Positions 59,411 through 64,000 of a stretch of 64,000 bases of DNA are shown here, one piece after another (position 1 is the stretch's first letter; each line of letters opens with the position of its first letter). The notes below the pieces were generated by a model. It saw only the letters and a list, made by a program, of their open reading frames with translations. It was not told the DNA's origin and did no database searches. This DNA comes from Cyanophora paradoxa CCMP329 (lineage: Eukaryota; Plantae; Glaucophyta), in assembly GCA_004431415.1 (NCBI GenBank), contig QPMI01000150.1, positions 124,001 through 188,000 on the forward strand. The letters are read 5' to 3'. The position numbers and the translations under genes were made by a program.

Positions 59411-62400
59411 TCAGTCCTCGGCGCTCCCGAGGAGCTCGCGGGCACGGCGGAGGCGGCGTCGGGCCTTCTCGGCGAGGGCCGCGCCCGCGGGCCCAGCGGC
59501 TCCCGCCTCGCCCAGCGCCGCCTCTGCGTCCCGCGCAGCGTCCTCCACCCGCGCTCGCCCTGCCCGGCTTGAGGACCAGGGACTGTGCGGGCGGGGCGGG
59601 GCGGGGCGGGGCGGGCACCGCCGAGGAGGAGGTTGCACTCGGCGCGGTTGCCGAGGGCCGCGGCGCGCGTGAGGCGCGCCCCCGCGGGGCAGAACCCGAG
59701 CGCCGCGCCGTACACGACGGCCGCAACCTGCAGATGGGCGTCCGTGTCGGGAACTGCTCAATCGCGACATTGGTTTCGTTTCTATTCGCAGGCGCCTCTA
59801 GATCTGTTTTTCGCGTTCCTTGCGAAACTCGCCATCGCTCTATTTTGTTTCTATTCGCAGATGTCTCTTAGCTATAGGGATTTATTTTTCGCGTTGTGTG
59901 CTAAGCGTTCTCATCTCTGCGAAAATCGCACGTACCGCGTACTGCCTCTTTCCGAATTTATGATTACCAACGTCCTGCGTATAAAAGGAGCAGAAACGGT
60001 GAAGAGAACTCGGATTCGAGGTCAAGGCGGCGCGCCTTTAGGGTCTCGGCCTGGCGGGTGGCGAGGGCGGCCAGCCCCGCATCCAGCGGGGGGCACGCGG
60101 CGGGGAAGTGCGCCCGCAGGCGCGCGTGCGCCGTGAAGAGCGCTGCGGGGCGCGGGGCGCGCGCGTAAGCGGCGCTCTCGCGACCTCCCGCGAATTCGAG
60201 GTTGCAATTGCGCACAGTGTAGGAGGGGGCTCGTGAATGCGAACGGGGTGTCCACGTCTTCGTTGTCGAATTGCTGTGCGGACTATAAGTTTGAATTGCG
60301 CTGTAGGAGAAGGAGTGGATTCGAGCACCATGAAGTTATAGTGGATCCGGAGGACGCCGTTGGGGTCACGGAGCGCGAAAATCTCGAAGGCAGGATCGGC
60401 GATGGTGCCCGCAGCGACCGGAAAGAGCTGCGCATACAGCGAGCTTGAGATCTACGGCTAGAGCTCGCGAACAAAATCCAACGGGGCTGCGCGCACCCGC
60501 AGGAGGAGCGGGATGTGGGGCAGGACGGCGCGCGCGTGCTCCCGAAAGGCGCAGAGGTCGGCCAGGCAGGCGGCCAGCTCGAGAGCGCGCTGCGGATTAG
60601 AATTCCGCTCATTTCAAACGTCGAACGCTGGCGAGCATCGGCGATTGAGCATCGACTGGACTTACCTCGGCGATCGTCCCCACAGCGGCTCTCAAGGTCT
60701 CTAGCTTCGGGCCGTCGCCCTCGTTCAGGCAGCAGCTGCGACGGGGCTCAAAATCACGCAATCGCGAAACCCGCGCGTACGGTACGCGCTCGGGGGCCCA
60801 CGCGCACGCGACAGCGTCCGCCGCGCTCGCGTAGCGCTGGGCCATGTCGTCCGCGAAGTCGAAGACCGTCCTGCGCGCGCGCATCGATGTAGCCGGACGT
60901 TTCGCGATCACGATCGCGATTGCGAGTTCGACATCAATCAAAAAATCGCGATCGGTATCGGCGCACACGCACCGCTCGAGCGCCTTGGCGAGGGTTGCGA
61001 CGGGCTCGCCGGGGACCGCCAGGAACGCCGCCTGCGCCCCGCGGGCCGCCGCCAGCTCCGCGTCGAGCCCCTCGTGCCCGGGGGGGGGCATGCGCCGCTC
61101 GGGGGACGAGCTCGAGGCGCCGGGGCCAGGGGGCGGGGCGGTCGGCGGGGCGGTCTCGCCGACCACGACGGGGGCGGAGAGGAGCGTCCGGAGAGCGGCG
61201 GAAGCGAAGTTGGGGGCGGAGTCCTCGGGATAGAGCCGCGGCACGGGCCGGTCAGCCGAGGCGAGGTGCAGGAGAGCGGGGATGAGGCCGGGATGCCGGG
61301 CCAGCCGCAGGCGGAGCTCGCCGTGCGGCGCGGCCACCATGCAGAGCTGCGATCGGCACCACGTCAGAGGGACAGTTCGACCCTATTAACGACCCTGTGG
61401 CGTGCACGCACGAGTCTCATGAATTGACTGGCGGAATCAATCATCATGGCCGTGAAGCTGCGTGAAGCGCTCAGTGCCGGCTGCGGGCCGCGAACTTTAA
61501 AAATTTGGAAGTTTCTGTGCATCAACTCACCGCGGAGCGTATGCAGACATGCTTTTGAGAGTCGCGGTTTCCATGAAACTTATAGGAAACATCTTGCGCT
61601 GCTCTGGGACTGCGTGCAAATTTATATTAGATAATTAAATAACCCAATCGCCAACTGGCTGGTCAGCTCCCACCTTGTCTGATCTCCTTGACAAAGCGGT
61701 CGGGCGAGATGTGGATTTGCTCGATGACGGCGTCGAGGAGCCCCGTGGAGAAAAGGCGCTCCGAGAGGGCGAGCTCCGTCCAGCGCATCAGAGCGACGTT
61801 GGCGCTGGTCGCATCGAAGCAGAGCTGCGCGTGCGTCGATCGCGAGAGAGAATCACTCCATATGCATCCGAATGGGTCGAGAAATTCGATCGTGCTGCAA
61901 GTTGCGATCGCTCGCACCGCAACAAGGCCGTGCTTGAGGGAGCGGGCGAGGCTCTCCACGAGTTTCGTGCTCTCGAAAAGCTGATGAATGCCATTCATGA
62001 ACATAAACAAATGCGCAGAATTCGAATACGTAAAAACCCGAAACCCCGCACGAAATTGAGGGTCGAATTCGTGTGCGAGCGCGAGTGGCGCCGCTCGAGC
62101 TCAACCATGAAGCGCATGAGAAATTTGCATGCCTTGGCAGCCACCATTGGGCGCTCGTACTTCCCGGCGAGCTGTCCGCGAGTTTTTGCGGCGTCAATAT
62201 CAATGCATATCTCGACGAGTGTAAATCGATGCACGCTAGTCTTTGACAAATATTTAATTGCAATTTAAACGCATGCGCACTTGCGCACCTCAGCCAGCAA
62301 CGTGAGGGCCATCTTCTGCTCGGGCGTTCCGTCCAAGCTCGCGTCTCCAGCAAACGTGCTCGCCCAATTCTAAGCGCACGGAATATTTCCGCGAAATTCA

Positions 62401-62668
62401 GGCCATGGATGGCTCGCGATCGAAATTTAGACCGAGCGACTTCGCGCATTCTCACCAGCTTCGTGGAAAGGCCGCAGAAATTGAGTTTCTTGACCTTCTC
62501 GAACGCGATCGCTGCTCGCTCCGTGGGCGCGCACTTGACGTAGCAGCATGGGCAATGCGATGGAAGCGAGGCGGTCATGTCGCCAGTGAAGCCCTTCCAG
62601 TCGACATCGCCTTCGCTGTCGCTGTCCCAGTTGAGATCTGCGCGCTTGGCGCGGCCAGAGCGCGGCAT
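59411..62668 (-). CDS. Helical-repeat (ARM-like) protein with C-terminal TPR domain
   Basis: Spliced TPR: AETLK|DVGNHKFGKRQYA|VAAVVYGAAL...ALGNRAECNLLLG...AARDAEAAL...KARRRLRRARELL. N-terminus MPRSGRAKRADLNWDSDSEGD...HCPCC. Confidence 0.6.
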
Positions 62669-62913
62669 GGCTGCGCTGGGCAAAGATCGATCGAGAGAAC
62701 TCTTGAAAGAGGACGCGCACGAATTTAGAAACTATACTCCGAATGAGCTCGAGGGGAGAGAGCTCGAATTTGAAATTTAGAGAGCTCGAGGAGATGCGCG
62801 CAATGAGCCTCTTTCGAATTCAGTTCGAAATTTATAATGTCGCGAGTCCCCCTTCAAGGCCTGACACTTCAAGGCTTGCAATTGACACAATTAACATTGA
62901 CACTTGCATTGCG

Positions 62914-64000
62914 CTACGCGTTCGCTGCGGGGCGGACTCCCGGGAGGCATGCGCAGAAGCGCCCCATGACTTCGGCCTTCTCTCCCGCCCGCGCCATGCA
63001 CAGCACGTCATGCACCTGCATGATCGCGAATCGTTCAGTCAATTAAGATTTTAAACTGTACGCTTAAACCAGCTGCAGCGTACCGCCCACGGGAAGGAGA
63101 GAATGACGCGAGGCGGTTTGGCTCGCTGGCCCCTCTGCCGCATCTGGCCGTCCGCCACCGCACCCCCGCTAGCGACCTTCGCTTGTTCCAGGAGCCGATC
63201 ATACGCCACAACGTACCTGCGCGTTTCCGCGCGCAAGTTGCTTCACGCGCAACTTGAATATAATTATATAAATTTAAACTCGAGGCACCAGGCGAAGGCG
63301 AGGCGGCGGGCGGCGTCCCCCGCGAATCCCTCGCGCTGCGGTCCATGCGCATGCAGCGGCACCGCCGCCGCCACCTGCGCGTTAAATTCTCGTTGAAAGG
63401 TGTGGAAGGCTGCGGCCTGCAGAGCCCAAAAGGACCTGCTCGAAGAAGGAGGAGCGGGTGCGGTCCACGATCGCGAGAGCCCGAATCTGCCAATGCGATG
63501 TGCATCGCGGGCGTGTTTAAATATTTAAAACCTTTAAAGAGCCCGCACCTCGCCGCGGATGCGGAGCTGCAGATCGCCGTCCGACTGAGATACGGAGGCC
63601 CTTCATTACAATTCGATTTCGCGATGTAGGTCAAACATGCATATGGCGCTCACGTGTTTGCGCTTGAAGTATTTCGTGAACTTCAGCACGATGCCCGTCC
63701 AGGCCTCCACCTCGCTCCGGATGCCGTACTGCGTCTCTTGAGAATGTATTAAAAACTCGGAAACAGAGAAATTCCGAGGACCTGGTTCATGATGCGGGTC
63801 AGCTCGTCCGTGTAGGCCGCGAGGCTGTGCTGCGCCGCCCGCCGCTGCTCGTCGCTCACCAGGCTGGGCCAGTACAGGGCCGGGTCCGGTTTCCAGCCCT
63901 TCCAGAGCTGCTCGCTGCGCATTGCGAAACTCGCGTCTGCGTTGCTTGCAAGGTTTATGAAAATAGCGCACCGGTATGCCCCGCCCTTGTCATCGGGAGC
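62914..64000 (-). CDS. RDR: 3' end of a cellular RNA-dependent RNA polymerase (RNAi RDR family; partial)
   Basis: Seven spliced exons give ...PDPALY...AAYTDELTRIMNQYGIRSEVEAWTGIVLKFTKYFKRK...RRLAFAWYVVAY...ILSFPWAVHDVL. This matches the recalled RDR1/2/6 C-terminus (Y..L..LM.YYGI.TE.E..SG; ASAWYHVTY; LSFAW.V.D.L). Confidence 0.85.

Noticed and set aside
1016-59871. Numerous long Arg/Pro/Gly/Ala-rich ORFs in the six-frame track (e.g. 1464-3053+, 31683-33380-, 34880-36388-, 35002-36759+)
   Set aside because: Expected by chance in very high-GC DNA with few stop codons. They are antisense or out of frame to spliced genes, or read through introns.
1-64000. tRNA, rRNA or snRNA genes; alternative genetic code; prokaryotic operon
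   Set aside because: No tRNA/rRNA/U-snRNA hallmarks seen by eye (a tRNAscan/Infernal run is needed to exclude them). In the genes I spliced, in-frame stops were explained by introns under the standard code.

Overview
GC-rich, intron-dense eukaryotic nuclear DNA, probably from a flagellated alga or protist. The style reminds me of a glaucophyte such as Cyanophora, but that is inference only. The six-frame ORF track is mostly uninformative because genes are split by many ~45-70 nt introns. By splicing exons by hand I recover about 19 genes: F-box/LRR, TMA16, DDA1, DSN1-like kinetochore protein, an orphan type I membrane protein, alpha-arrestin, a subtilase with an HYR-like C-terminal extension, a GT41 (OGT-like) enzyme with a signal peptide, an ABCG half-transporter (21 introns), an atypical bZIP factor, an AXDND1-like protein, an AT-hook protein, WDR11, a C-terminal-TPR protein, the 3' end of a cellular RNA-dependent RNA polymerase, and several unknowns. 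A 3.85-kb CACAG-terminated, non-autonomous CACTA/EnSpm-like transposon (3-bp TSD GCA) carrying two tandem-repeat arrays sits between the divergent GT41 and ABCG genes. The most striking signals are: (i) a non-standard 5' splice-site code (GY-N-CG-C, with +4 C in 19/21 ABCG introns and 5/21 GC-AG); (ii) a sense-strand-biased intronic GTACCCC motif; (iii) the transposon; (iv) a secretory-pathway GT41 next to a large extracellular protease. All protein identifications are from recalled family motifs, not database searches.
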